NCBI GenBank assembly: GCA_965204375.1
Contig: OZ241986.1
Location: 5,888,001 to 5,952,000 of the forward strand
Direction of reading: 5' to 3'
DNA from: Candidatus Latescibacterota bacterium
GTDB lineage: Bacteria; Latescibacterota; UBA2968
DNA length: 64,000 nucleotides
A model generated the notes under the pieces. The model worked only from the letters and a program-made list of their open reading frames with translations, was not told the origin of the DNA and did not search any database. The translations under genes and the position numbers were made by a program. Below, piece after piece: positions 1-9,653 of the stretch (positions are counted from its first letter, which is position 1; every line of letters starts with the position of its first letter).

Positions 1-186
1 TGTACGCCCGATGGGGTGCCATTTCTCGGTCGCGCTCCCGGGGTTGAGAATGTGATCGTGGCTGCCGGTCATGCGATGATTGGCATTTCTCTGGGTCCTA
101 TTACTGGGAAGCTGGTGGCAGAACTGATTTCCGATGAGATACCATCTGTTGATCTGTCTGCATTAGAGGTGGATCGCTTTGGGTAG
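1..186 (+). CDS. FAD-dependent D-amino acid oxidase/dehydrogenase family, C-terminal part (runs off window start)
   Basis: Frame +1 reads CTPDGVPFLGRAPGVENVIVAAGHAMIGISLGPITGKLVAELI...DRFG*, the typical DAO/DadA C-terminus. Confidence 0.85.
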   Translation, partial: CTPDGVPFLGRAPGVENVIVAAGHAMIGISLGPITGKLVAELISDEIPSVDLSALEVDRFG

Positions 187-214
187 GTTGTGTTATTTTT
201 TGAGAGGATTCGTT

Positions 215-1030
215 ATGTATAGAGTTTCTTACGATGGCAGCAATAAGAAGGTGATGTGGCAGGAGATGTGGCGGCACGAGTTTGAAGACGCTTTGGAGCG
301 CGATCCCGTGGTGATTGTGCCGGTGGGATCTGTGGAGCAGCACGGGCCGCATTGTCCGATGGATGTGGATATTTCAGCGCCGTTCTATATGGCGGTGGCT
401 GTGGCACAGCGCGTGGATGATTTTCCCGTGATTGTCGCGCCGCCGGTGTGGTCGGGGTTTACGCATTATAATATGGGGTTTCCCGGTACGATTAATTTGC
501 GTTTGGAGACGTTTCAGAATTTGCTGGCAGATATTTTTCGCAGTATTTATGCCAATGGGTTCAAGCGGATTATTTCTGTGAATGGACACGGGGGCAATGC
601 CGCGCCCTGTCGCGCTGTTTCGTGGCAGGTGGCAGAGGAGAATATTTTTACGCTGTCATTTAGCTGGTGGGATATGGTGGATAAGGAATTGCGGGAGTGG
701 AGTGCGACAAATGAGGGCGTGGGTCACGCCGGGGAATGGGAGACGGCTGTGCAGCTTCATTTGCGCGAACATCTGGTTGATAAGAGCCGTATTGACAGCG
801 ATATGACGGGGACGAGACCGTTTAGCGATGAGCTGTTATTTGCGGAATTTGCCGAGCGGAGGCGGGATACGAAAAAGGATACGGGTATTATGGGCGATGC
901 GTTTGCTGCGAGTGCGGAAAAGGGCGCGCGCATTTTTGAACTGGCTTGTGAACGCCTGGAAAAGCTGGTGCGCGAATATCACGAGTTGCCCGTGCGCGAA
1001 TACCGCGAGTTCGGGTCTCACTGTATTTGA
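215..1030 (+). CDS. creatininase family amidohydrolase
   Basis: PVGSVEQHGPH, NGHGGN and GHAGEWET motifs; ATG after GAGAGG. Confidence 0.9.
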   Translation: MYRVSYDGSNKKVMWQEMWRHEFEDALERDPVVIVPVGSVEQHGPHCPMDVDISAPFYMAVAVAQRVDDFPVIVAPPVWSGFTHYNMGFPGTINLRLETFQNLLADIFRSIYANGFKRIISVNGHGGNAAPCRAVSWQVAEENIFTLSFSWWDMVDKELREWSATNEGVGHAGEWETAVQLHLREHLVDKSRIDSDMTGTRPFSDELLFAEFAERRRDTKKDTGIMGDAFAASAEKGARIFELACERLEKLVREYHELPVREYREFGSHCI

Positions 1031-1055
1031 AATTTCAGGGAGAGAGGGTACGACG

Positions 1056-2003
1056 ATGTCAAAGCTAAGAGTGGGGATTATCGGTGCGGGGGGGCACGCA
1101 CAGAGCCACTTCAGGATGATCCAGGACGAGCCGGAAATGGATTTGATTGCGGTTGCAGACCTGGATCCAGAAAGACTGGCGCATACGCGAGAAACGCACG
1201 GCGTGACGTCCCTTTTTACGAATTACCGGGAGATGATCGAGAAGGTGCAACTGGACGTGGTATATGTTGTGACCTTTCCGGGACCACTGCCCGACATTGT
1301 GATTGACTGTCTGGAGGCCGGACTGCACACCTCTGTAGAGAAGCCGCCGGGTATCAGTTCGGGTCAGACCCGACGGATGATGGCGGCCGAACAGCGATCC
1401 AGCGCCAGGGCGATCGTCTCGGTGAACCGGCGGTACATTCCAGAAGTGCTGGCGATTCGGGCCATGTTGCAAGATCGAGGCGGACCCGTTCATGTGGCGG
1501 CGACGTACAACAAGCCGCATATTGGGGACAAGGTCCGGGATGTCGGACATCTTATTCGATTGGACGCGATCCATCACGTGGATCTGTTGCGGTGGCTGGC
1601 AGGTGACGCTGTCGAGGTTTACTCAGAGGCGTGGTCTGCGCCTTCCCACCCTGCCGAGATGCGCCACAATGCCGTGATCAAGTTCGAAAGCGGCTGCGGA
1701 GGCGTGATGATGAGCCACTACGCTGTTGGATACCGCATTCAGCGGTTTGAAGCGCATGCGGAAGATTTCAGTGCTTATGTGGATCTCACGAGTGGCCCCA
1801 GGTGTGAGATCTATGCTGCCGGAGAGCCGTTCGAGGGCGAGTTGGATCTGGAATCGGTTGGTGGTCCCGACTTCAACGAGACCCGGCATTTCGTGGAGTG
1901 CATCCAAAACGATACGCAGCCGTGGAGCACGCTTGAGGATGCGATCAAGACGATGATGTTGTGCGAAGCGATTGAGGCGGGGCATAAAGGTCAACTGGAA
2001 TGA
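1056..2003 (+). CDS. Gfo/Idh/MocA family oxidoreductase
   Basis: RVGIIGAG Rossmann start, VEKP motif, DAIHHVD. Confidence 0.9.
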   Translation: MSKLRVGIIGAGGHAQSHFRMIQDEPEMDLIAVADLDPERLAHTRETHGVTSLFTNYREMIEKVQLDVVYVVTFPGPLPDIVIDCLEAGLHTSVEKPPGISSGQTRRMMAAEQRSSARAIVSVNRRYIPEVLAIRAMLQDRGGPVHVAATYNKPHIGDKVRDVGHLIRLDAIHHVDLLRWLAGDAVEVYSEAWSAPSHPAEMRHNAVIKFESGCGGVMMSHYAVGYRIQRFEAHAEDFSAYVDLTSGPRCEIYAAGEPFEGELDLESVGGPDFNETRHFVECIQNDTQPWSTLEDAIKTMMLCEAIEAGHKGQLE

Positions 2004-2054
2004 TTTTTGAGGCATAGCCGCGGTAAAGATTCCTATTACAGAAGGAGATTTTCT

Positions 2055-2966
2055 ATGCGTCGTTTCACGCGCACGCCCTATTATAGCGGGCCGGATGATC
2101 CGGCTATTGGCGAGGTGCGGGGTACGCTTGCCCTGGGCGAGACCGTGGTTATTGAGACGATTGGCGGGGCTGATAATGATTTTGAGGCTGCTGGTGAGAC
2201 CCGTGCCGGGATGATTACGTCTGGAGAAAGCCACCGCCGCTATGCCCGTCGTGGTGGTCCTTTTCGCATTGAGGGGATTGCGCCCGATGACTGGGTCGCT
2301 ATCGAGATCATCGATATTGAGGTGGGTCCCTACGGTTTTTATCGCAATGGGGGTCCCAATTGGGGCAATTGGCGCTGCGTGGCGCCTGTGCGCGATGGGT
2401 TGATCCACTTTCCGCCGGATTTTGTGGTGCCGGTGCGTCCTATGGTTGGCGTGGTTCAACTCGAACCGTGGGCTGCCCATTCGATTGACCACGGCGGCAA
2501 TATGGATTTTAATGCGGTTCAGCCGGGCAGTACTGTACATATTCGCGCCCAAAAGCCCGGGGGATTGCTCTCACTGGGCGATGTCCATGCGCGGATGGGC
2601 GATGGCGAGTTGACCGGTGCGGGTGTCGAAATCGATGCGGCGGTTACTATAAAGGTGGATCGCTCTCCCGGGTTTCCCAATAGCAGTCCGGTGGTGGAGA
2701 CGACTACGGTGGTAGAAGCTGCCGAGGAGTATCTGACGAGTGCCCGGGCGGCTGAGTGGGGCGAGGTGCTCAGGCTGGCATGGCTGGAGATGGTGGCGCT
2801 GATTATTGACCGTTACGATACCACTTATGAATACGCCAATATGATCGTGGGCACGATTGGCGATGCGCGGCCCGGCTATGCTACGGGCTATATGGGCGGT
2901 TATGTTACGTGTCAGATTGCGGTGACCAAGGAGTTGCGGCGCACCGGAGTGCCGTATGAGGCGTAG
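2055..2966 (+). CDS. acetamidase/formamidase family protein
   Basis: PVRPMVGV, HGGNMDF, LSLGDVHARMGDGE motifs; AGGAG RBS. Confidence 0.88.
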   Translation: MRRFTRTPYYSGPDDPAIGEVRGTLALGETVVIETIGGADNDFEAAGETRAGMITSGESHRRYARRGGPFRIEGIAPDDWVAIEIIDIEVGPYGFYRNGGPNWGNWRCVAPVRDGLIHFPPDFVVPVRPMVGVVQLEPWAAHSIDHGGNMDFNAVQPGSTVHIRAQKPGGLLSLGDVHARMGDGELTGAGVEIDAAVTIKVDRSPGFPNSSPVVETTTVVEAAEEYLTSARAAEWGEVLRLAWLEMVALIIDRYDTTYEYANMIVGTIGDARPGYATGYMGGYVTCQIAVTKELRRTGVPYEA

Positions 2967-3096
2967 GGGTTTTGGGCTAACACCATCTCGGATATTTCGC
3001 TATTGGTGTTAAATATGAAATTGGGTAATCTTTTAGGTGACGGCGATTCGATTTTCAGAGACCTCGGCTTTTAAGGCGGATAAGGAGGATTTTGCG

Positions 3097-3339
3097 ATGA
3101 ATTGTTTTGAGTTGGATCAAGCACAGCAACGGTTCCGTGAACTCGTTGAGCGAGCCAAGCGAGGTGAGGATGTCATTATTACGGAGCGCGATCAGCCCGT
3201 AGTTAAATTTGTGGCTATTGAGCAGGATACAACTGTAGTTCAAACAAAGCGTCGCCGGCGACCCGGAAGTGCCAAAGGGCTTGTTCATATTAGCGATGAT
3301 TTCGACGAACCGCTCGAAGATTTCCGAGAATATATGTAA
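3097..3339 (+). CDS. type II antitoxin, Phd/YefM family with DUF2281-like C-terminus
   Basis: AQQRFRELVERAKRGEDVIIT and RRPGSAKG..ISDDFDEPLEDF; overlaps the PIN toxin start. Confidence 0.85.
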   Translation: MNCFELDQAQQRFRELVERAKRGEDVIITERDQPVVKFVAIEQDTTVVQTKRRRRPGSAKGLVHISDDFDEPLEDFREYM

Positions 3340-3725
3340 TGCGCCTTTTACTCGATACGCACAGTTTTTTGTGGTACATAGAAGACGATGACAGGCTCAG
3401 CCAGAGCGCAGAGCAAATGATCTCTGATATGGATAATGAGGTGCTACTGAGCATAGGGAGCCTGTGGGAGATAGCCATTAAGTATGGTATCGGGAAGTTG
3501 AGTCTGTCGCGTGCCTTCAGTGAGTTCATCCCAGAGCAACTTCTGATAAACCAAATAGATGTTCTACCTATCTCATTACCCCATCTTGCAAGATATACCG
3601 AACTTCCTTTTTATCACCGCGACCCGTTTGACCGCTTGATCATTGCACAGGCTATGGTAGAGGACATACCTGTGGTTAGCAGAGACAGGTCCTTTCAGGA
3701 GTATTCAATTGATGTGATATGGTAA
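3339..3725 (+). CDS. vapC: VapC-family PIN domain toxin
   Basis: MRLLLDTH, SLWEIAIK, HRDPFDRLIIAQA, VSRD. Confidence 0.92.
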   Translation: MRLLLDTHSFLWYIEDDDRLSQSAEQMISDMDNEVLLSIGSLWEIAIKYGIGKLSLSRAFSEFIPEQLLINQIDVLPISLPHLARYTELPFYHRDPFDRLIIAQAMVEDIPVVSRDRSFQEYSIDVIW

Positions 3726-3830
3726 TCGCCACAGGTAAGAGCCTGTTTCTGCTTGTTTTAATAAGAGGCGTGACGAGCAACAGCCTATCATTGCGGGATG
3801 AAGTTGAGTTGCACTCAGAAGGTTTTGGTT

Positions 3831-3862
3831 GTCATTGCGGCAGGGTGTTAGCCGCAATCCAG
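3831..3862. repeat. REP-like palindrome GTCATTGCGGC-N9-GCCGCAATCCAG
   Basis: Hairpin with related copies at 8809, 17494 and ~17539. Confidence 0.8.
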
Positions 3863-4434
3863 CTGATCAGATGGAGGCACACGGCTATGGCCGCAAGACC
3901 TTTCGCTTTGAAACCGATGTTGAGGGCGAACCAGTGGTTCATCGCGTGGATGGTCAGCATCCCGATACTCACTATAATAATACATCTCGTACTGTGCTTG
4001 ACGAGATTGGACAGGTGTTTGATGTCGGGAAGAATATTTACTTTATCGTCAATAGTACAGGACTGTTTGGGGGAGGTGTCGGAGGTGGTAGGGGGAGAAG
4101 TGGTGGTTTTGCGATGGTTGCTGACGGATTTAGCTGGAAAGTGGTCGCTCATGAACTTGGACATGCCTTTAGGTTGTGGCACGATTTCAGGGATGGTGCG
4201 TACATCATGTCGTATGGACCGGGTGGGATTGTTGGTATTCCTGACTTTTTGCTATTCGTTGATCAGTTTGGGTTCAGTCGGAGTGACGGAGGATATGAAT
4301 CGCGGTTTGATCTGGATGGGAATGGTGTGATTGGGGTTGGTGATTTTTTGATTTTTGTCGATAATTTTTGGACACGGGTTGGATTATTATGTTTCGCCTT
4401 CACAACGCCAGTAGTAGGGTTGAGCCGTCCCTGA
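3863..4434 (+). pseudogene. remnant of a secreted zinc metallopeptidase with dockerin/EF-hand C-terminus
   Basis: AHELGHAFRLWH (HExxHxxxxxH) and IMSY Met-turn joined directly to DFLLFVDQFG...FDLDGNGVIGVGDFLIFVDNF; no signal peptide or good start, and the 5' end is replaced by a REP. Confidence 0.65.
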
Positions 4435-4538
4435 AATTCGATGTCCAGTTAAGGGGCAATCCGCAGGAGCTTTCAACCCACCATTTGCCCTATCTCTTGC
4501 CTTGACTCTGGCTTTCACTCTTGCCTTTTGGAAAATAC

Positions 4539-4730
4539 ATGTTTGGTCTTATCATTATATCGTGGTGGGTTTTTCTGATCATTTTAATTGTGGCTCTCTT
4601 TGTTTGGTTTGTGAGAGAGGTGTTTGATACTATCATAGAATTTGTTGAAGCAGACAAAGGGGAGCGAGTTGGTATGATTTTTTGTGCTGTCATAGCTGTA
4701 CTGTTTTTGCTTTGGTTGAAATATGGCTAA
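4539..4730 (+). CDS. small membrane protein (2 TM)
   Basis: Two hydrophobic stretches in a 63-aa ORF. Confidence 0.5.
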   Translation: MFGLIIISWWVFLIILIVALFVWFVREVFDTIIEFVEADKGERVGMIFCAVIAVLFLLWLKYG

Positions 4731-4876
4731 CATTGTATATAACTCCCATAATTTTGGTAAGAAAGTGTCATGACTTGCATCTTCTGAGATTAGACTTTTG
4801 AAATTGTTTACGGTATTGTTATGTACGATCGAACTTTTTTAACTCAGTGCTGGCATACAATCCGGAGGTGATAGAT

Positions 4877-5110
4877 ATGAATGCCCATCGCGTTGAAACG
4901 GTTATACGCCAAGATAGAACAGTTGTGCTCAAGAATTTACCTTTTCGAGAAGGCGAGCCTGTTGAAGTCCTTATTTTTTCCTGCCCTTCTCCGTCTGCAC
5001 AGGGAAAAAATAGCAGCGAGAAAGACCGATATCCACTGCGCGGCACCCCAATAAAATACCTTGATCCCACGGAACCCGTAGCGGATGGCGATTGGAGTGT
5101 ATCACAGTGA
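4877..5110 (+). CDS. putative antitoxin
   Basis: GGAGG RBS; LPFREGEPVEVLI...YPLRG..Y.DPTEPV type antitoxin; GTGA overlap with PIN toxin. Confidence 0.75.
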   Translation: MNAHRVETVIRQDRTVVLKNLPFREGEPVEVLIFSCPSPSAQGKNSSEKDRYPLRGTPIKYLDPTEPVADGDWSVSQ

Positions 5111-5499
5111 TTGTGCTTGATACACACATCTGGATTTGGTGGGTTCAGGGAGATGCTAATCTCACCAGCAAGCAAGTGGCGTGGTTGCAACAGTATGAGT
5201 CTCAAGGTCTTGGGGTGAGTGCAATATCGTGTTGGGAGGTTGCTAAATTAGTTGAGTATAATCGGCTCGTCTTGCCTTGTACCGTTGGCGAGTGGATGGA
5301 TCAGGCACTCTCATATCCAGGCATTCGGTTTCTCAATTTGACGCCACAAATTGCAATTGAGTCCACACAATTGCCTGCTGGATTCCACAAAGATCCAGCG
5401 GATCAGATTATTGTTGCTACGGCGAGAGTCCACAACTGCCAATTATTGACAGTGGATGCAAAGATACTTGATTATGGACATGTTAATACACTGAAGTAA
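5107..5499 (+). CDS. vapC: VapC-family PIN domain toxin
   Basis: IVLDTHIWIWW, SAISCWEVA, HKDPADQIIVATA, LTVD. Confidence 0.92.
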   Translation: MIVLDTHIWIWWVQGDANLTSKQVAWLQQYESQGLGVSAISCWEVAKLVEYNRLVLPCTVGEWMDQALSYPGIRFLNLTPQIAIESTQLPAGFHKDPADQIIVATARVHNCQLLTVDAKILDYGHVNTLK

Positions 5500-5527
5500 T
5501 CGTGCTGAATTCATGAAAGGATTTGCT

Positions 5528-6301
5528 ATGTATTTGTATGGAATTCGCAATGCGAGTTTGAATATGGATTGGGGAAAAGATGCTTTTGCCACAGCGGGGG
5601 ATATTGGGTTTGATGGGGTGGAGATTGTGCTGCGAGAGGAGGAGCGGCTGGATTGGCTTTTGAGTGCTGCGGGTCGGGAGGAGGTTGGGCGATGGGTTGA
5701 GGAGACGGGCGCGCAAGCGTGTTCTATCAGTTTTGCCCTGTTTCGAGAATACAAGGGAAATGAGGAAGATGAGGCTGTGCGCGACCGCGTGGTGGATCTC
5801 GTGCAAAAGGGGATTCGCGCATGTAAGGGGATGGGGGGTGTCGGTATTTTGCTTCCGTATTTCGATGCGGAGAATCGCGATATGTCGAGCGCGCATGCAG
5901 AATTGCTGATTGAGGATATGAAGCGATGTGCCCCTGTCGCTGAAGACGAGGGTATTAAGGTTGCGCTGGAGACGAGTTTTTCTCCGGGATTGTTGAGGAC
6001 GATTTGCGATGGCGTGGGGTCTGAGATGGTGGGGGTGTATCAAGATACTGCGAATGCGCTGCAATACGGGTACGATTCGGTAGATATGCTCGTTACTTTA
6101 CCTGAACACACACAATTGATTCATATTAAAGATACGCGGCGTTCTGATCTGGGCGAGGGCGATGTGGATTTTCCCGCGTGTCGAGATGCGATTGCACAGA
6201 TCGGTTATGAGGGTTGGCTGATTTTTGAAACGCCAGGAGGCGCTGATCCCATCGCATCGGGAAGGAAGAATCTGGCGTTTGCAAAAGAGATGTTTGGGTA
6301 G
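5528..6301 (+). CDS. sugar phosphate isomerase/epimerase (xylose isomerase-like TIM barrel)
   Basis: GFDGVEI, VALET, YQDTAN, IHIKD, LGEGDVDF, WLIFET. Confidence 0.88.
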   Translation: MYLYGIRNASLNMDWGKDAFATAGDIGFDGVEIVLREEERLDWLLSAAGREEVGRWVEETGAQACSISFALFREYKGNEEDEAVRDRVVDLVQKGIRACKGMGGVGILLPYFDAENRDMSSAHAELLIEDMKRCAPVAEDEGIKVALETSFSPGLLRTICDGVGSEMVGVYQDTANALQYGYDSVDMLVTLPEHTQLIHIKDTRRSDLGEGDVDFPACRDAIAQIGYEGWLIFETPGGADPIASGRKNLAFAKEMFG

Positions 6302-6314
6302 GCTGGCAGAGGGT

Positions 6315-6419
6315 GAGGGGAACGGTGTACAACTTCGACAGAAGTTCATCGAACCCTATGCGGTTACCCGCACCACCGACCAATGTCAGGCGGCCCACCT
6401 TGAACCGTTCGCCCCCTAC
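6315..6419 (-). repeat. GTAG-type REP-like palindrome with an enlarged structured loop
   Basis: GAGGGGAACGGT (6315-6326) pairs imperfectly with ACCGTTCGCCCCCTAC (6404-6419); internal hairpins; lies between convergent genes. Confidence 0.6.
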
Positions 6420-6453
6420 CTATTTTGACAAAGCTGCGCGCTCAAGGGTTTCT

Positions 6454-7425
6454 TCAAGGGTGTGGGCGCAGTTCACCCAGAGATTGCTCCCCGGGTTGGA
6501 TATATTCTACGGCTGGGCTTTCGACGCGTCCATAGGCATTCCACACTTTGAATCCGAGTAGAGACAGGAGATCGGACGATGCCTCGGCGAGGACTTCAGG
6601 AGCCGTGCCTACGGTAAAATTTTCCTGTGGACGGAATTGAGGTCCGCAGAATGTGGTGAGTATGGCCCAGCGCAGTTGGTCGCTTATATTGGCTCCCGTG
6701 CCGTGCCAGATGCGTCCGTCGAGGAATCCAACTGTGCCAGCTGGACCTTCAAGGGCGACTGTTTTAGTGGCGTTGTCATCGGGGTTGTCTGGGCGTCGCC
6801 CCCACAGGTGACTACCGGGGACGATGCGGGTGCCGCCGTTTTCTGCCGTGAAGTCGCCGATCATCCATACCACGTTGATGACGACGCGAGGCCAGATGGA
6901 TGTGGTATCGGGTGCATCTGTTTGTTCGCGGGTGATGGACCCTGCGGGTAGATGCGTTCGGTTTGCGCGCGTTGGCATGGGCATCCACCACTGGTCTGTG
7001 TGCAGGCGCATGGGAACGCCGCCGGGTTTGGCGATGTTGGCCGAATGGCTCGATAACAGATAATCATTGCCCAGTGCGTGATCTATGATGTTGCGAACCC
7101 CTGAATGTAAAAGCATGTCTTGAAATACCCGACCTTTGTTGATCAGCATCCACACGCGCTGGTTGACGCCTCCTGCAGATTGTGTAAACGCCCCTCCGCG
7201 TACCTGCCCTTTTTTATTTCTAAAATCCCCCCAGTTCTGTTTGGCACCCCCGTCTTCAAATGCGAGCCCGCGTTGTTTTTCGGCTATGGCTTGTTCTTTT
7301 AGACGGGTTTTTATTTGCAACAGATCTTCCGCATTGAGCGCGTTGGCGAGCAGGCCATAACCACAGGTGTCGAGTTGTGTTTTGACCTGTGCGAGGTCTT
7401 CGGTTGGTTGTGGAAGTTCAGACAT
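6454..7425 (-). CDS. phytanoyl-CoA dioxygenase (PhyH) family, Fe(II)/2OG-dependent
   Basis: LHTDQ (HxD), NGGTRIVPGSH, IWHGTGAN..R. Confidence 0.9.
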   Translation of the reverse strand: MSELPQPTEDLAQVKTQLDTCGYGLLANALNAEDLLQIKTRLKEQAIAEKQRGLAFEDGGAKQNWGDFRNKKGQVRGGAFTQSAGGVNQRVWMLINKGRVFQDMLLHSGVRNIIDHALGNDYLLSSHSANIAKPGGVPMRLHTDQWWMPMPTRANRTHLPAGSITREQTDAPDTTSIWPRVVINVVWMIGDFTAENGGTRIVPGSHLWGRRPDNPDDNATKTVALEGPAGTVGFLDGRIWHGTGANISDQLRWAILTTFCGPQFRPQENFTVGTAPEVLAEASSDLLSLLGFKVWNAYGRVESPAVEYIQPGEQSLGELRPHP

Positions 7426-7437
7426 GTGTATTCCTTA

Positions 7438-8733
7438 TTATCGGGGCAAAATGCCATACTGGCGCAGGGTGCTTTCCAGTGTTGGCTTGCTAAGGCGAAT
7501 GTGGTCGTCGTTTAACAGATAGGAGAAGACGTAGCCGAGGCCGAGCATAAAAATTCCGATTAAGAAGCAATATATAACTGCGCGGTCGGGGTATTGGTCT
7601 TTCAGATACCCCACGTAGAGGGGACCACAGATTCCCGCTGCTGCCCAGGCGGTTAGAATTGCCCCGTAGATTGTGGACATTTTTTTGCTGCCAAAAACGT
7701 CAAGCACAAAAGATGGCATTGTGGCAAAGCCGCCGCCAAAGCACAACAGGACATAACAGACGAGTGCGGAAAAGATCCAGGGGTTGCGTTCTGTCATTAA
7801 GATACCGAAGACGATCATCTGGCTGGCGAGCAAAATTCTGAAGACGCCAACGCGCCCTATGCGATCCGATAGCAAGCCCCAGAAGAGCCGCCCCACGCCG
7901 TTGCACAGGGAACTGACGGCGATGAGCGTGGCGCCGTACTCGGCGAGTGTTACCGGTTCCAGAGATGGATCTGCAAATCCCCAAACTTCTTGCAGGAGTT
8001 CTGACTGAAAGCTGATGACAGAGATGCCCGCGGCAATGTTAAAGAAAAATACGATCCACATGAGGACAAATTCAGAAGATCGCAGATAGGGCGCGACGGT
8101 GTCTTCGAACTCCATCGGGTCATCGTCGGCAACAGCGGGTACGGCTTTGGGATCGCTCAGCACAAAGCTGGAGGGCAAGAGGATACAGGCAAATACAATG
8201 CCGAGCCATAAGAAGACGAGGGTCAGATCCGATTCTGTTCGCAGTACGAGAAAGGGGGCCAATACTTTGCTCAAGAGAAATGCGCCCACGCCAAATCCCA
8301 TCACGACGATGCCTGTTACCAGACCCTTGCGATCTGGAAACCACTTTGCCGCGGTTGCAACCGGCGTCACATAGCCAAGCCCAATGCCCGCACCGCCGAT
8401 AACGCCGTATCCCAGGTAAAAGAGTGGGATAAAGTCAAGATGAAGGGCGAGGCTCGCGATCATATAGCCGCCGGAAAACATGATACTGCCCGCGACTGCG
8501 AGTTTGCGAGGTCCGAATCGCGGTAGCGTCGCACCTGCCCAGGCCGCGGATGTGCCGAGGGAAAAGATCGCGATACTAAAAGCCCATGCGGTTTCTGTGA
8601 ATGTCCAGCCGAGTTGTCTGACCAGAAGCGTTTGAAAGAAGCTCCACGCGTACACAGTGCCGAAACAGAGTTGCAGGAGCGTGCATAAGAGCGCGATGAC
8701 TGAACGCGGGATCTGTATTTCTCGGTTTGCCAT
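7438..8733 (-). CDS. OFA family (oxalate:formate antiporter-like) MFS transporter
   Basis: GTVYAWS, GLGYVTPV..AKWFPDRKG, NGVGRLFWG..SDRIGR, CFGGGF; multiple TM segments. Confidence 0.9.
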   Translation of the reverse strand: MANREIQIPRSVIALLCTLLQLCFGTVYAWSFFQTLLVRQLGWTFTETAWAFSIAIFSLGTSAAWAGATLPRFGPRKLAVAGSIMFSGGYMIASLALHLDFIPLFYLGYGVIGGAGIGLGYVTPVATAAKWFPDRKGLVTGIVVMGFGVGAFLLSKVLAPFLVLRTESDLTLVFLWLGIVFACILLPSSFVLSDPKAVPAVADDDPMEFEDTVAPYLRSSEFVLMWIVFFFNIAAGISVISFQSELLQEVWGFADPSLEPVTLAEYGATLIAVSSLCNGVGRLFWGLLSDRIGRVGVFRILLASQMIVFGILMTERNPWIFSALVCYVLLCFGGGFATMPSFVLDVFGSKKMSTIYGAILTAWAAAGICGPLYVGYLKDQYPDRAVIYCFLIGIFMLGLGYVFSYLLNDDHIRLSKPTLESTLRQYGILPR

Positions 8734-8750
8734 TTTTATGTGTCCGGTAG

Positions 8751-8786
8751 CGAATCAACGAATCAACGAATCAACGAATCAATGAA
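8751..8786. repeat. octamer tandem repeat (CGAATCAA)x4
   Basis: Directly visible just upstream of the MFS start. Confidence 0.85.
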
Positions 8787-8808
8787 ACAGGTAATGTACA
8801 TGAGAGCC

Positions 8809-8870
8809 GTCATTGCGGCATGGTTTTAGCCGCCACGCGCAAGCACAACGCCAGTAATCCAGAGGTTTTG
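8809..8870. repeat. REP-like GTCATTGCGGC element with ~22-nt insertion
   Basis: GTCATTGCGGC..GCCGC[CACGCGCAAGCACAACGCCAGT]AATCCAGAGGTTTTG. Confidence 0.7.
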
Positions 8871-8874
8871 AGTG

Positions 8875-8957
8875 GTAGGGCGGGGTTCGTCTATGAACTG
8901 GTCTGAGAAACGACCAGTTTTACCCCGCTCCGTCTATTCGTCTATTCGTCTATTCGT
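8875..8957. repeat. GTAG-REP with nested hairpin plus (GTCTATTC)n tandem repeat
   Basis: GTAGGGGCGGGGTT...ACTGGTC-TGAGAAAC-GACCAGT...ACCCCGCTC; homologous to 30650-30720. Confidence 0.8.
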
Positions 8958-9653
8958 TTCTTTCCCCTCAGAAACATAGAGGAAGAGGTTAGCCAGATGC
9001 CCAACCTCGTCGTCGCGCGATAGCAATTTTTCATCCGAGGCACCATTTTCACCGCGCGCGCGACTCACTGCATAAGCGAGGAGGTCGCCGAGGGGATTCG
9101 CCGCGAGGTTGACGAGCCATATAGCTGCAAAGAATCCTACTACGAGTATGATGCAGATGAGATAGACCTGCCTTCCGATTGCTCTTTGAATTTTCAGCGC
9201 AATCAACCCCGTGTCCATGCCCACGTGAACTGTGCCGGCAATGCCCGCGAGGATCGGACTGCCAACCTCTACGAAATCGCCCATTCCTGGCAGATTGCGT
9301 TCAATGGCTTCTGTTTTGAATGGGTCGTCTGTTCGAATGACTTCGGGAATACCAGGCACGAATGTGTGGGCGAGAAATTCACCTGATTCATCTGTGATAT
9401 AGATGTATTTGATGCTCTGGATTTCGACAAACTGATCGATGAGCGACTGCAAAGCCGCGAGGTCCCGATTTAAGAGAATATCGACACTGGAATCGGCGAT
9501 GGTCTTCGCGATATTCTTGCTGTTATTCTCGTATTCTTCTGACAGGTGTGTATCGACTGTGTAAATACACAGGGCGGATGTTGACAGGCTGATCACACCA
9601 AATAGCGCGAAGATGCCGAACCGCGTTTTTTGAAAGAGTTTTTTGATTTTCAT
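8934..9653 (-). CDS. membrane sensor-like protein (TM-periplasmic domain-TM-HAMP) with no output domain
   Basis: Two TM segments; C-terminal NPL..L....SRDDEVGHLA HAMP signature; ATGA overlap with upstream SBP. Confidence 0.75.
   Translation of the reverse strand: MKIKKLFQKTRFGIFALFGVISLSTSALCIYTVDTHLSEEYENNSKNIAKTIADSSVDILLNRDLAALQSLIDQFVEIQSIKYIYITDESGEFLAHTFVPGIPEVIRTDDPFKTEAIERNLPGMGDFVEVGSPILAGIAGTVHVGMDTGLIALKIQRAIGRQVYLICIILVVGFFAAIWLVNLAANPLGDLLAYAVSRARGENGASDEKLLSRDDEVGHLANLFLYVSEGKETNRRIDE

Noticed and set aside
1623-2552. 309-aa minus-strand ORF (likewise 16192-16938 and 30972-31652)
   Set aside because: Antisense or alternative-frame shadows of confidently assigned genes.
3719-4330. 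203-aa ORF as a third TA-associated gene
   Set aside because: No motifs; the overlapping frame carries the real HExxH/dockerin signal.
8875-8957. Group II intron domain V/VI remnant
   Set aside because: No catalytic AGC/CGC-triad DV hairpin and no RT nearby; it fits a GTAG-REP better.
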